Source: Ostreococcus lucimarinus
Lineage: Eukaryota
Assembly: GCA_000092065.1 (NCBI GenBank)
Contig: CP000593.1
Direction: 5' to 3' (one strand)
Length of the DNA stretch: 64,000 nucleotides
Under the pieces are notes generated by a model. It ran no database searches. It saw nothing but the letters and a program-made list of their open reading frames with translations, and was not told where the DNA came from. Position 1 is the first letter of the stretch, and every line of letters begins with the position of its first letter. This document shows positions 16,191 to 27,300 of this stretch, piece after piece. Both the position numbers and the translations under genes were made by a program.

Positions 16191-18899
16191 CTATAAAATC
16201 CTACGCGGTTTCGGTGGACTCCAGAACACCTTTTCAGGCGTTCGCAAGGGCGTGTGGAATAGTTCCACCTCAGGATCGTCCACGCGAACTAAAGTCTGAT
16301 ACTCGTCTGTATCGTTGCCTTCGATGAGCCGTGTGAACTGCTCGCCGAACGTTTCCCAATACCAATCGAGGAACAAGTTATGAGTCACGCGCTTGCTAAC
16401 AACCATTCGTTGCATCTCTTCGCGCTGCCGAATCGCGTTCCGCCAACGTGTGAAGTAATGATTACGCGTGGCGAACTGGTGCGACGCGCGCATCTTGACG
16501 AGAGCGACCATTTGCGCCCGCCACATGCCGCGCCAAATCGCGAAACTTCGGCGCAGTCGAGACTGTCGTTGGCGGTTAAAGATGGCTAACGCGCTCACAG
16601 CGATCAACTTAGAGTGCTCTTGAGTGGCGAACTTCCATTGGTTCCACGAACTCAACAACACACGTTGACGCCATCTCGTTAGCGTCGCCGCTACGCTTCG
16701 TCTCTGCGTTCTCAACGTATGCGTGCGGTATCTCCAGCCTTGGAACGCTCTCAACAGTTCGTAACGACGTAGTTTGTTCATAAACTTTGAGACAGTGTGT
16801 TTACGGAACGCAGACTTGATCGTTTGTGATCGCCAAGCGTCGAAATTCGCTCGAATATATTTGAACCGCAACGACGCCATCGCGTGCACGACGCCTCTCT
16901 GATGTTGTTCCTCGCGCTGCCGTCGCGCACTCAGCATTTTCCAATTATGGAAGACGATTCGCGTTGTGTTATTTTTCATGCGTTCCCGCGTGACGGCATA
17001 CATCTTTTCGCGATGCACCCGTACGAATCGAGCAGTCGTTCTCCATGCGAAAAAGTGAAGCTTCGTCAGCGTCTTGCGTGAGTCCTTGTTCCAGCACAGT
17101 AACACGCCGTTGTACGTCTTCTTTGCATGACGTGAATCGTCCACGACTTCTTTCCACTTCAAAAACGCTGCGCATGCGGTGCGGTTATCCCAGCGCGCGA
17201 ACGTCCGCATCAGACGTTGAGTGAAACTTTTTCTCTCTTCCGCTCGGTTCTTCCAACACTCAAACGCGTCAAACATCAGACGCTCACGCATCTTGTGCAC
17301 CGCGAGACGCTGAATCTTTGCGACATGCTTCCCTCGTTTCGCGTACAAATACCACGATACGAACACTTTTTGCTTCAGCTCTCTGGATTTATCAGTCAAC
17401 GCACGTCTATGCGCCCTCGCGGCTATTCGACGCGTTTGATTTGATTCCGAAGCACACGACTTCCATCTATCAAAGAATTGTCGAGCAAGACTCTCGCGTC
17501 GCCTCGCGCTCAACAGCGCGTCCCTCTCGCGCTTCAACTTTCGAGTGTTCGCGTAATTCTTCCAAGCATCAAACGCCGCGCCGAGACCTCGTCTATCAGC
17601 CCGTAATAAGAACCGAACGACGCCGACGCGCTTTCGACGTTCCTTATCCGCAAACGCTCTCCACCTTTTAAAAGTTTCATCCCTGAACGCGCGTGCAGAC
17701 GTCCGCGTCATGCGCTCTATCGCTTTCACCTGAACCGCTTGAACGCGCTTTCGCATCTTTTGCTGCATCGTCTTGCGCATTGTCTTCAAAGCTTCATTGT
17801 TGATAGACTCAAACTCTAACTGTACCGTTTGTACCGAGTTCATCCAGCTCTTCTCCACTATTTTCAGCTCTTCTCGCAAACCTTCCAGCTCCCGCTCCAC
17901 ACCGCGACGGATTTCAATTTCGTCTTTGAATATGCGCGTCCACTTTTCTACTATGGCGGCGGAAAGCCAACTTGGTGCAGACTCGGCCGGTTTCGGTGGC
18001 TCGATCAACACGGGTTGCTGTTCGACTCGCTTCTGTTTCGATTTTGGCTTCGACGGCGACGCGTTTGCTGCGGCGCTCGGACTCGGTGGCGCCGCCAAAG
18101 GTTTTAGATTGAGCACCGACGATTCGGATTCCGTGTCACTGCCGTAGTACGACGTCCCATATTCCACGTACGCCAAATCATCGTCGTAGAGACTCATATC
18201 ATCCAACGCATACTTTGGCAAAAACTCCTTCGGCACCTCCACCACCGCGGCGTTGATCGTCACGTGCTCGAAGCGTCTATTCCTAAACAGCATCGCCCGT
18301 CCGTACGTCGCACGCTCGTGATCGACGCTCACCAGTTCCCATTGTTCGCACACTCCAAAGTTGTAGTTGTAAAAGCACAGCTCGCTCGCAGCCTTGCGTC
18401 TCGCTTGCAAAAGCTTCCCCCCCGCCGCGTGCGAACGAAACCCGTAGAATTCGCCAAATCTCAGCACCACCAACTGCGTCGACGCGTCTCTCGCCGTGAG
18501 CATCAACGAATCGATGTCCGCGCCACCCCCACTCGCCGACGTCGACGTTGAAACTCCGTCTCGCCGAAGCGTCGCGCACGAAAACTCCAGCGCGCGCTTC
18601 CCCTCCGTCGCCGCCGGCGCGTCGTTCGCGCGCGTCGACCGACCGCCGCCGTCCCGCGCCGCGTACATCCCTCGTCCTTCCCTCGCCCCGAGCGCGTACA
18701 TCGCCACGCAGCTTCCCGCGCGCAGCGGCGCGTTCGAGTCCTCTCGCGAAGCGTCGTCATCGTCCGCGGAAACGACGGCGGCGCCGACGACGTCCCAAAA
18801 ACTTCGCTCCGCGGTGGTGGCTCCAGAGCTCAACAATCCAATCTCTTTCGCGGCGACGTCGCGCGTCGTTCGCGCGACGTCTCTCGCGCGCGACGGCAT
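16191..18899 (-). CDS. Large protein with Sfi1-like (centrin-binding) Trp-containing repeats in the C-terminal half (tentative)
   Basis: Recurring ~33-aa units with F/L...W(K/R): FFAWRTT, VFHNWKML, FDAWRSQ, FQGWRYRT, LTRWRQRV, FAIWRGMWRAQ, YFTRWRNAI. The ORF-track start 19337 overlaps the upstream gene. First plausible ATG verified at 18899. Start uncertain. Confidence 0.45.
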   Translation of the reverse strand: MPSRARDVARTTRDVAAKEIGLLSSGATTAERSFWDVVGAAVVSADDDDASREDSNAPLRAGSCVAMYALGAREGRGMYAARDGGGRSTRANDAPAATEGKRALEFSCATLRRDGVSTSTSASGGGADIDSLMLTARDASTQLVVLRFGEFYGFRSHAAGGKLLQARRKAASELCFYNYNFGVCEQWELVSVDHERATYGRAMLFRNRRFEHVTINAAVVEVPKEFLPKYALDDMSLYDDDLAYVEYGTSYYGSDTESESSVLNLKPLAAPPSPSAAANASPSKPKSKQKRVEQQPVLIEPPKPAESAPSWLSAAIVEKWTRIFKDEIEIRRGVERELEGLREELKIVEKSWMNSVQTVQLEFESINNEALKTMRKTMQQKMRKRVQAVQVKAIERMTRTSARAFRDETFKRWRAFADKERRKRVGVVRFLLRADRRGLGAAFDAWKNYANTRKLKRERDALLSARRRESLARQFFDRWKSCASESNQTRRIAARAHRRALTDKSRELKQKVFVSWYLYAKRGKHVAKIQRLAVHKMRERLMFDAFECWKNRAEERKSFTQRLMRTFARWDNRTACAAFLKWKEVVDDSRHAKKTYNGVLLCWNKDSRKTLTKLHFFAWRTTARFVRVHREKMYAVTRERMKNNTTRIVFHNWKMLSARRQREEQHQRGVVHAMASLRFKYIRANFDAWRSQTIKSAFRKHTVSKFMNKLRRYELLRAFQGWRYRTHTLRTQRRSVAATLTRWRQRVLLSSWNQWKFATQEHSKLIAVSALAIFNRQRQSRLRRSFAIWRGMWRAQMVALVKMRASHQFATRNHYFTRWRNAIRQREEMQRMVVSKRVTHNLFLDWYWETFGEQFTRLIEGNDTDEYQTLVRVDDPEVELFHTPLRTPEKVFWSPPKPRRIL

Positions 18900-19113
18900 G
18901 TGACGACGCCACGATGCGCTTTCTTTCGTTCGACGCGAGCCGCGTCGCGGACGCGCCGCGCGCGCGTCGGCGTCTGGCGATGTCCCGCGCACTGACCGTT
19001 GCCCAGAGCGCGAGACGGAACCGCGACGGTTCGCGCGTCGGTCGGGCGGTTCGCGCGGTCGGGCGGGAACGCGCGCGTCGAATGGAAACGTTTCAAATAC
19101 AGTCGATCGATCG

Positions 19114-21333
19114 TTATTTCGCGAGTCGTGAGCTTCGACGCCGAGGAGAGTCGGAGGGATCGCCGCGTTCGTCGCGCGTCGATGCACGCGCGGCGCGCTT
19201 GGGCGCGGGCGAGAGGAAGGATGGGAAGTCTCCGCCGGGAAGCGGCGTCGGACGCGCGCCGAACAGCAAAGACGCGGTGTGATCCTTCGGCGGCGGTGCG
19301 ACGGTGGGCTCGTCCAGTGATGGTCGACGACGCGCACCGAACGGTGAGGCGTACATGGTCGGTTCGGGAACCGTGTAGCTCGAAGTTCGCGCGCCCGACG
19401 GAGTCATCAGAGATTTGATGCCAGCGGGTGAGGACGACGGACCGCGTTCGAGCGCGCTGCGACGATCGGCCTTCGCGTCGTGCGGTCGAACGAACGTCAA
19501 AGGTTTGCCCGGGCTTACCAACATCGTCGTGGCCAACGCCGCCGTCGCGCTGTCGATCGACGGCTCTCGCCGCTCGCGCGCAAGTTCGATGGGTGGTTTG
19601 AGAAACGGCAAGATGCCGACGGCGGCGTCTTCGCTCTTCAACACGGCCTCGAATTCCTTGACTTCATCGATCAACAGTGCGCTCGCGGTGGTGGCCAAAG
19701 CGTCCTCCGATGCGTCCCGCACGACGAGCGAGCGAGCCAACAAGGCGTCGTCGTCGCCTCTTTGCCTCGCGGCTTCCGCCACGAGTACTTTTTGCGGCAC
19801 CGGCAAGCGTGACAAACTCTCCTGCATTCGCTTCACGAGTTTCGCGGCGTGCTCGTCTTCTAAACGCCCTTCACTTCTGGCTTTGGAGAACAACTCGGAC
19901 GCCTCGAGCGCGCGTCCTCGGTTGAGCAAGTACAAAATTCCAGTCTCCACGGGAACTTCCGAGCGTCGCGCCCACAAGAGGTCGAGCAGTAACTTCTCCA
20001 TCTCGCCGTAAAACGGAAGCTCGAGGACCTTGTCCAGGCAAAGCTTCTCGACGCCGTGATCTAACAACAGACTCACGAGGTATGCGCCTGATTTTGAATC
20101 GCCGCGCAATTCGGGAAACGTCTTGAACGCGTCTCTGACGGCGATAAACGCCTCGGCGATGAGACCGCACGCGAGACGGATTGAAACATCTAAACCTATG
20201 GCCTCGGTGTCCGAGGACGAAGGCGCGCGCGCGCGCGCCACCATTAACGCCGTCGTCGCGCGACCGCGTCGAGCTAAACTCGCGATAAACTTCACCGGCA
20301 ACAACGGATGCGCGACGCGAGGTAAGAGCGCGCACGCCTCGTCGAGCGACGCCTCGTTCTCTGAGTCATCGAGCAATACCGCTGCGCGCGTTTCTTGAAA
20401 CAACCTCGGATGAATACGCGCTTGTCGCGCGTACTCCATCGGCGACCCGTCGTGCGGCAAGCCGGAATCGAGCAAAAAGTACAGAAACAAACACTTCTTC
20501 GCCACGAGCGCCGCCGGCGACGCGCTCCCGTCCACGAACACGCACTTCGCCGCATCCGTCACCGTCTTGAACGGATACGCTGGCTGATGCTCGCCCACCC
20601 CCGCGAGTAAATCATCTAAAAACGTCGTCGCGTTTGCGCCTCCGAATCGCGCGTCCCCGTTCGCCGCCGCGCTCCTTCGCCGTTGCACCGCCCCCGCCCA
20701 CGCCGCCGGTCCACCGTATCGCGCCCCCACCGCATCACTCAATCCCTCTCTCGCCGCCCACAGCAGCGCCTCCGCCTGCAGCTGTCTCGTCACCACTTCA
20801 TCCGCCGTCGCTCGCAGCGCCTCTCGCTCCGCGTTCGCCTCGTCCCCGTCCTCTCTCCATCCTCCCAGCGCCTCCACCGTCCTTCGCGCCGCCTCCAGCG
20901 TTCGCATCGCGTCCTCCACCGCCGCCACTCTCGCCTCTCGCGGTCTTCCCGCGCTCGCGTGCACTCTTTCGCTCGCTCGTCTCGTCGCTCTTCGCGCCCA
21001 CGCGCTCGCGCACGCCCCGTCCCGCGCGTACGCCTCCGCGCCGTCGTCGCTCGAGAACCTTCCATCGTCGCTCAGGCACACTTCGTCGACGTAGTGCGCG
21101 ATCACCGACGCGCACCCCGCGCGCGCGCACGCGTCGAAGACGTCGTGGAGGCGGTCGACGTCGAGCTGTTCGGGCGCGTCGGCGACGTCGCGCGCGGGCG
21201 CGGCGGCGACGCCGGGACACTGGGACGACCGGAGCGCGGCGTGCGCGGCGCGCAGGGTGGGAACGTGCGCGAGCGACGCGGGAGGTAAGATGGCGAGCTC
21301 GTCCAGCGCGATCGCGAGCTCGGGGGCGTCCAT
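19114..21333 (-). CDS. Hypothetical ~740-aa protein, alpha-helical, Ser/Pro-rich C-terminus; no family recognised
   Basis: Single long ORF, ATG verified at 21333 (MDAPELAIALDEL...). Contains KCLFLYFLLDSGLP, LLDLLWARRSEVPVETGILYLLNRG helical blocks. C-terminal SPxx-rich tail. Confidence 0.5.
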   Translation of the reverse strand: MDAPELAIALDELAILPPASLAHVPTLRAAHAALRSSQCPGVAAAPARDVADAPEQLDVDRLHDVFDACARAGCASVIAHYVDEVCLSDDGRFSSDDGAEAYARDGACASAWARRATRRASERVHASAGRPREARVAAVEDAMRTLEAARRTVEALGGWREDGDEANAEREALRATADEVVTRQLQAEALLWAAREGLSDAVGARYGGPAAWAGAVQRRRSAAANGDARFGGANATTFLDDLLAGVGEHQPAYPFKTVTDAAKCVFVDGSASPAALVAKKCLFLYFLLDSGLPHDGSPMEYARQARIHPRLFQETRAAVLLDDSENEASLDEACALLPRVAHPLLPVKFIASLARRGRATTALMVARARAPSSSDTEAIGLDVSIRLACGLIAEAFIAVRDAFKTFPELRGDSKSGAYLVSLLLDHGVEKLCLDKVLELPFYGEMEKLLLDLLWARRSEVPVETGILYLLNRGRALEASELFSKARSEGRLEDEHAAKLVKRMQESLSRLPVPQKVLVAEAARQRGDDDALLARSLVVRDASEDALATTASALLIDEVKEFEAVLKSEDAAVGILPFLKPPIELARERREPSIDSATAALATTMLVSPGKPLTFVRPHDAKADRRSALERGPSSSPAGIKSLMTPSGARTSSYTVPEPTMYASPFGARRRPSLDEPTVAPPPKDHTASLLFGARPTPLPGGDFPSFLSPAPKRAARASTRDERGDPSDSPRRRSSRLAK

Positions 21334-21436
21334 GACGGACGACCGGGCGCGATGTGACGCACATCCAGCGCGCGGGTTTGAACGGTCGTTCGCGACGCGG
21401 CGGGACGCGCGAGGCGCGTTTGGTTTTAATTACACC

Positions 21437-22948
21437 TCACAGATGGTCGATGACGTCCTTGAGAGACTTGCCGTCGATTTTGGTGGTTTCGAGCAAAAAG
21501 GTCTTCTTCTTAGCCTCCATGAGCTGGGCCTCGACGGCGCGAGATTGCTCCGTGTCGGGCGCGCGCGTCTTGGCGCGCTCGAGCTCGACGCGGTCGGTGT
21601 ACTTGAGCTGAGCGCCGAGGACGTGGTTGGTGATGCCGGGAAGATCGCCCTCCGACGCGGGTTCGATCGTGGGCTCGAAATCGTCGGGAGTATACCTGTG
21701 CTCCTCGTGCATGTACTCGCCCTCGGGGGTGAGACGATGGCCGTGGGGCTCGCTCGACGACGGGTGCCGCGAGACGAAGAGCGCGGCGTCGGCGGAGTAG
21801 CCGAAGAGTTCCAACGTCTTCTCGGCGATGCGGGTTTGGACTTCGATGATGGGGGAGTCGGTGCGGTAGACGAACTTTTCGCGGTGGATCGTGAACCGTC
21901 GGAGGTTTTGCTTCATGTGTTCGTGGCTTCCCAGCGTGTTGGAAAGTTTCGCCGGGAGCTTGAGGAGCGTCGTGAGCTCTTGCATGACTTTTTGCGCGGC
22001 TTGGTACTTTTCCGGTTTTTTCCCGGTGGCGTCGCGTCGGAAGTGATCCATGTCCGGTTGCACCAAATCCTCCGCCCGGAGCACCGTGGCGTAGTTCTTG
22101 AGCGGGCCCTTGATGAGCGCCCCGAGCTCAAAGTTGATGGACGTCCAGTACGCCGTCGTGCGCAATAAATCAATCACGTCGTCCTTCTTCACGCTCGTCA
22201 TCGACTGGTGCTGGGAGAGATGCGCCCACTCGGATTCAAATTTTGCCGTCAACTGCTCCCATCGCTCTTGACCAAAGTACGCCTTTTGTAAATCCCGCTC
22301 CTTGTCGTGCAAATTCCCGAGCGGCAGCGTCCGCGGATCCCGCACCAAGTGCACGTACGTCACCGACGGCCCGTACACGTCTCTCCAAATCGGCACCAAA
22401 TACATCGCCAACGGATCCTTCCATCCCCACCGCCCGACCTCTTGATCGTGTTGTATCCCATTCATCGTCAATCCCGGGTGCAACCACTTCTCCTGTCTCG
22501 CAAACATATCGCACAAATGTTTCGCTAAATCCGCTTGCAAATCCATCGGCAAATCATCCGGTTCGTACAGCAACCGCTTCGAAAACGCCATGACGTCCAC
22601 CACCATGTCATCCAACCCGCTCAACCGCTCCGCGTCGCTGTTCCCATCCTTATCCGTCGGTCCGAACGTCACCGCGTTCGAATCCCTCAGGAATTCCATC
22701 AGCGGCTTTCCCGCGCCGCCGCCGTCGCCGCCGACGATCACCGGCTTGCTCGGAATCTGCGTGCATCGCATCTCCGGGTGATCGCGCAGCAGGTGCGTCA
22801 TCCATCGCCGCGCCGGCCGCGACGCCGTCCCTCCCGCGCTTCCCGCGCCCGCGTCCATCGCCTGTAGCGGCGCGCGCCGCGCGCTCGCGCCGCGAAACGC
22901 GCCCGCGCGTCCCAACACCAAAAACGTCCCGAGCGTCACCGCCGCCAT
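21437..22948 (-). CDS. Type II membrane protein, sulfotransferase-like (tentative)
   Basis: N-terminal signal-anchor MAAVTLGTFLVLG (ATG verified at 22948), G-rich loop VIVGGDGGGAGKP, YVHLVRDPR resembling the sulfotransferase 3'-PB RDP motif. Function is low confidence. Confidence 0.45.
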   Translation of the reverse strand: MAAVTLGTFLVLGRAGAFRGASARRAPLQAMDAGAGSAGGTASRPARRWMTHLLRDHPEMRCTQIPSKPVIVGGDGGGAGKPLMEFLRDSNAVTFGPTDKDGNSDAERLSGLDDMVVDVMAFSKRLLYEPDDLPMDLQADLAKHLCDMFARQEKWLHPGLTMNGIQHDQEVGRWGWKDPLAMYLVPIWRDVYGPSVTYVHLVRDPRTLPLGNLHDKERDLQKAYFGQERWEQLTAKFESEWAHLSQHQSMTSVKKDDVIDLLRTTAYWTSINFELGALIKGPLKNYATVLRAEDLVQPDMDHFRRDATGKKPEKYQAAQKVMQELTTLLKLPAKLSNTLGSHEHMKQNLRRFTIHREKFVYRTDSPIIEVQTRIAEKTLELFGYSADAALFVSRHPSSSEPHGHRLTPEGEYMHEEHRYTPDDFEPTIEPASEGDLPGITNHVLGAQLKYTDRVELERAKTRAPDTEQSRAVEAQLMEAKKKTFLLETTKIDGKSLKDVIDHL

Positions 22949-23106
22949 CGTCTCGCGCGCGCGCGCGCCCCGCGACCGCGCGGCGCGCGCGCGACGTTCG
23001 CGCGTCATCGCGCGCGCGTCGCGAGGACGCGACGCCGTTCGAGCGCGACGCGATTCGAATCGCCGCGCGACGCGATGTCGACACTTCGCGTCGCGCGGCG
23101 ATTCGA

Positions 23107-24333
23107 ATGGCGTCGACGCGCGCGATCGCGGGCGCGGGATCGCGAATCGACGCGAATCGACGCGACGCTCGCGAGCGCGCCGCGCGCGTCGCTCGACCGG
23201 CGACGCGACGCGCGCGCGACGACGACGCGGCGGAATCGGAATCGGTGTCGGAACCGGGGTCGCGCGCGCACGCCGGCCCGCACGACGTCGTCGTGAAGCG
23301 CACGACGCCGCGACCGACGCGCGCGGTGGCGCGCACGGGCGCGGTGGCGACGAAGAGCGCGAAGGCGCACCGAAGGCAGCGCGCGTGGGCGCCGGACGCG
23401 CTGGAGTTTCACGGGCTGGTGCGGGCGCGGCGGGAAGATTTGGGGACGCGCGCGAACGAGGACGAGAGGGAAAGATTCCCGTACGGCGATGGATTCGCGT
23501 TCGCGAGGGCGACGTGCGAGACGGAGACGATGGTGGCGCTCGCGACGGCGATGGTCGGGGAAGAGCGACGCATGCGGCTGGAAAACGTTTTGGAGCATAG
23601 AAGTTTTTCGTTGCTGCCGATTCTAGAGGGCGTCTACGACGTCGGCAATATCTTGGCGGTGTGTCGGACGACGGAGGCGCTGGGGATCGGGTGCGCGTCG
23701 ATCGTGAGCTCGAAGGGGCTGTCGTTCAAGGCGAGCGGGAGGACGTCGGGAGGGGCGCTGAAGTGGCAACACGTGGAGCAGTTTGAGACGTCGGAACGCG
23801 CGCTCAGAGTCGCGAAGGCGAAAGGATACCGCGTTCTTACGACTGAGTTTGACGGCGCGCAGCCGCTGTCGCATTACGATTGGACCGTGCCCACGGCGGT
23901 GGTGTTTGGGAACGAGCGCGAGGGGGTTTCGGACGAGGCGCGAGCGCTGCGGGATGGCGCCGTGTACATTCCGATGTTTGGCTTCACCGAGTCTTTGAAC
24001 ATTTCCGTCGCCGCCGCGCTCGTGATGTCGCACGCCGTGACGGACCGGATCAACCGCCGAGGGTTTCACGGCGATTTGACTGAGGAAGAAAAACGTATTT
24101 TGCGCGGCGTGTACATGTCTAGGTTGATACCGAACTACGCAAAGCAAGGATATCTCGAAGAACTCGTCGAGCGTCATAGAAAGGGTCAAAAGCTCGCGGT
24201 GACGGACGACATCGATGTGAGCGAGGAAACACTCGACGAAATTGAATTGTTGACCGAACTGGACGCGGCCAAGTTGGTCGGTAGGCGCAAGCCGAAACGA
24301 GACCTGGGATGGGACGAGCACCTGGACGGTTGA
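23107..24333 (+). CDS. SpoU/TrmH-family RNA 2'-O-methyltransferase
   Basis: VVFGNEREGVS and ESLNISVAAALVM SPOUT motifs. ATG verified at 23107. TGTAA 3'-end signal shortly after the stop. Confidence 0.75.
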   Translation: MASTRAIAGAGSRIDANRRDARERAARVARPATRRARDDDAAESESVSEPGSRAHAGPHDVVVKRTTPRPTRAVARTGAVATKSAKAHRRQRAWAPDALEFHGLVRARREDLGTRANEDERERFPYGDGFAFARATCETETMVALATAMVGEERRMRLENVLEHRSFSLLPILEGVYDVGNILAVCRTTEALGIGCASIVSSKGLSFKASGRTSGGALKWQHVEQFETSERALRVAKAKGYRVLTTEFDGAQPLSHYDWTVPTAVVFGNEREGVSDEARALRDGAVYIPMFGFTESLNISVAAALVMSHAVTDRINRRGFHGDLTEEEKRILRGVYMSRLIPNYAKQGYLEELVERHRKGQKLAVTDDIDVSEETLDEIELLTELDAAKLVGRRKPKRDLGWDEHLDG

Positions 24334-24381
24334 ATTATTGAAGTTGTTGTTTATTGTGTCAAATGTTGTAAATCTAGAGAA

Positions 24382-27300
24382 CTACTTTCGTCTTCTGCTG
24401 CGACTAGAGGTACTTTTATTAGCAGGCGGAGTCGGCTCCACCGTTTTTCGTTTCTTCTTGTTGTCCGCGACTTCCGGTTCTGGTTTAGCGGGCGGCTTCG
24501 CTTCTTCTTCCGTCTTTGGCGGCTCCGGAGCTTCTTCAGCCGGCGGAGGCGCGGCTCGCTCCGGCGCTTTGTCCGTGTCCTTCGGCGCTGGACGGAACGG
24601 AACGTACGGAATACCTTGCGCCGCGCAGCACTCTGGGCAGGCAAACTTGACGTTTTCGGCGTTTTCGTCTTCCTCGCCCGGCGCCGGCGACTGCATGCCG
24701 ATGCACTCGTAATGAAACCAACCATCGCATCGATCGCAGCAAATCATCGGCCTGAGAGCGTCGTACGCGCTTCGGCAAACGCAATACAGTTCGCATCGCT
24801 CTCCCAACTCCTCGAGCTCCTCCTTCAAGTATAAAGGCAAAGATCGACCCTCTTGAAGCAGCAACTGCGCCGCCTCGATAGGAATCGTTTTGTCTTGCAC
24901 GACGGCGGCGGCGCGTTCGAGCCAGATTTGTCCAGCAACCTCCAACGCGTGCGCGCGATCGGCCAAAGGATCAATGCCGGCACCAGGGCAAAGACCAGCA
25001 GCCATGGCAGATTCCTTGAGCTCGTGAAGCTTGATCAACCTCGGGAACGGCGCACCAGTCATGAGCCGCGTGGCTTGTTCTCTCCACGCCGGACCGCACA
25101 CTTCGCGCATCAACGCGAGCGTCTCCTCAACAGGTTCCAGCTCCATCGCCAGAGCACCCTTCATGCCCGCGTACACTTGCAGCGCTGGATCGACATTATC
25201 TTTTCGAGGAATGTCATACGTGTAATCCATCTCTTGCTTGGGCATTCCAGACGCGTCGCCGACAAGCGATGGCATGGCCGGTTGCAACATGAACTGCTGC
25301 GGAACCATCATCGGTTCGTTCGTCTTCAACTGAGCAGACATATCGCTTGGACTACCATGACCCGTGGATGTTGAAGGTTCTTTGCCGGTGTCTTGCGCCG
25401 TCGGCGGCGGCATCATGCCAGACATTCCAGATAGTTGCAGAGTCGCTTCCATGAGCCAGTTGCTAGCGCCAACATTTGCCAGCTCTTCCTCGTGCTCGTT
25501 TGTCATCTTTAGATGCTGTTGCTGCATCATCAAGACGTGGAGGATGTGGGGCCTAGACCGAACTGGAGCCATGTGAATTTGAGCTTGGCACATCGCGAGT
25601 TGCATGGCGAGCTGTTGAAGTTGCCCGAGCTGCTTTGTGACGACATCTGAAATCTCCTGCGAACACGGCGAAATGTTCAACGCGTGCGTGCGCTGCGTTG
25701 CGGCGAACGTGACAGCTTGACCCATCAGCATGACTTGCTGTAATGGCGTGAGAGAAGCTGGAGGATTGGGGTTCTCTGCAGTCGCCGCGAGCGACGCTTC
25801 GGCGATTCGTCGTGTGCGTTCCTCAGATTCTCTCATCGCTGCTTCTTGGGCAATCTTCGAAGCTTGACTGATGGCGTTGTCGTGTGCTTCCTTCATACTC
25901 TTTCTATGCAAAGTCTTTCGTACTTCCAATCGCCACGCGTCGTGAGTATTGATGACTTGATTCAACACGGCTTCTTCTGGCACTTCTCCAGGAAATCGCT
26001 GCGCTTCACCGAGGAGTTCTCGCAAAAGCATGACGTTTGGGCGATTGGTGCGATGCACCGAGCGATACGTATCCAACGAGAGTGCGCTCGCCTTGCCACT
26101 CTTCGCGATGCATGGCGGACAGATGTAATTGTGCATCGTCTTTGCCATAGTAGGCGTCACATTGATACATTTTAAGTGATACCAGTCACCGCAATCATCA
26201 CATCCAACCATTTGAATTCCTCCAGCTTGTCGACAAAGGCAGAACTAACCCTCCTCCGTCTCCGGCGGTTCGCCAGTCCCGGTGATGTCTTCCACACCAG
26301 CTTTGATGGAATCAAGAACATTGCTCAACATTTCGATAAGCGTTTTTTCTTGTTTGACTTCACCCTGATCGTTTGCCCAGAGCAACGCGTTGAGCCTCTC
26401 CGTCCACGCCGTGGCGGCGTTGCACGCATTTGTGAGCGCTTGTCTCTCTGAGCACTTGAAGGTCAAATCTTCCACCTCCGCTAGAAGATCGTATAATTCG
26501 TCAATCGAAGGGCGAGATCGACCTTCAGCGACACTGTTCAAGCACTTACGAACGGTGTCGACCCACTGTGCGTGATCCGCCAACGACGCCTCGAGGTCTT
26601 CTACCTTCGAGACGTCAGCGGGAAGTGCCTTGCCTTCGGCGATGAGGGCGTCTATTTCCTCCGGTGATGCACTCGGAGCCAATCGACCGTCTTCAAGGAG
26701 AGGAGGATCGAGCAAACGATCCGCTTTCTTGCGCCATTCGTCCACAATCGTGTACCGTTTCATGATTTCAGCGACAAGATCCTCTTTCAAGTCTTGAAGC
26801 ACGTCGATTTCTTCCCTGAGCTCGTCCAAAACGGTGTCCTCGACGAGCTTCGCCTTGGGTGCAATGATCTTAGCGACGCGTTCTTCCCACTTGAGCGACT
26901 TTAAACGAATGCGAACTGTCTCCATGGCTGGTAATTCTAATCCAAAGTCTTCGTGCGAAAGTTCAAGCTCGGTCAACGTCACCTCGGCGCCGTCTTCTCG
27001 CCAGCGCTCGATGGCGTCCTTCGCGTCCACGTCCCACTCTTCTGCGGCTTCGACGCGTTCTTCCAAAGCTTCAACTTCCTTGACAAACAATTTCAAGTTC
27101 GAAGACTCTTTCATGAGCTCTTGCGCCTCGGAAAGCGGCGGAATCGGATTTGACACACCGCGACGAGTGAGCTGCTTTCCCTTCAAACAAGGTTGTGCAC
27201 GATCCAACCAAGACTTGGCTACATTGACCGCTTCTGAAAGCACGTCGAATCCATTCAGAAAGATTGGAATCGAGCTTCCTTCGCGGATGAGCGACGCGGC

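Noticed and set aside
20634-21364. Pro/Arg-rich ORFs 20634..21335 (+) and 20798..21364 (-)
   Set aside because: They overlap the 19114..21333 gene in other frames and are low complexity.
23783-23900. ACGACTGAG...GCGCGCAG inside the TrmH gene resembling branch plus acceptor
   Set aside because: The region translates continuously as conserved TrmH sequence (RVLTTEFDGAQPLSHYDW). The branch-like motif is GACTGAG, not GACTGAC, and no donor is present.
26245-26247. Reading the KDM5 in-frame TAG as a programmed recoding event (e.g. a pyrrolysine-like sense codon)
   Set aside because: The other TAG codons in the window act as ordinary stops (the carrier, ELIP-like and DENN genes end in TAG at the expected positions, and TAG is the acceptor of the KDM5 and CCT6 introns). 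An error, a recent nonsense allele or an atypical intron are more parsimonious. Kept as a finding, not as recoding.
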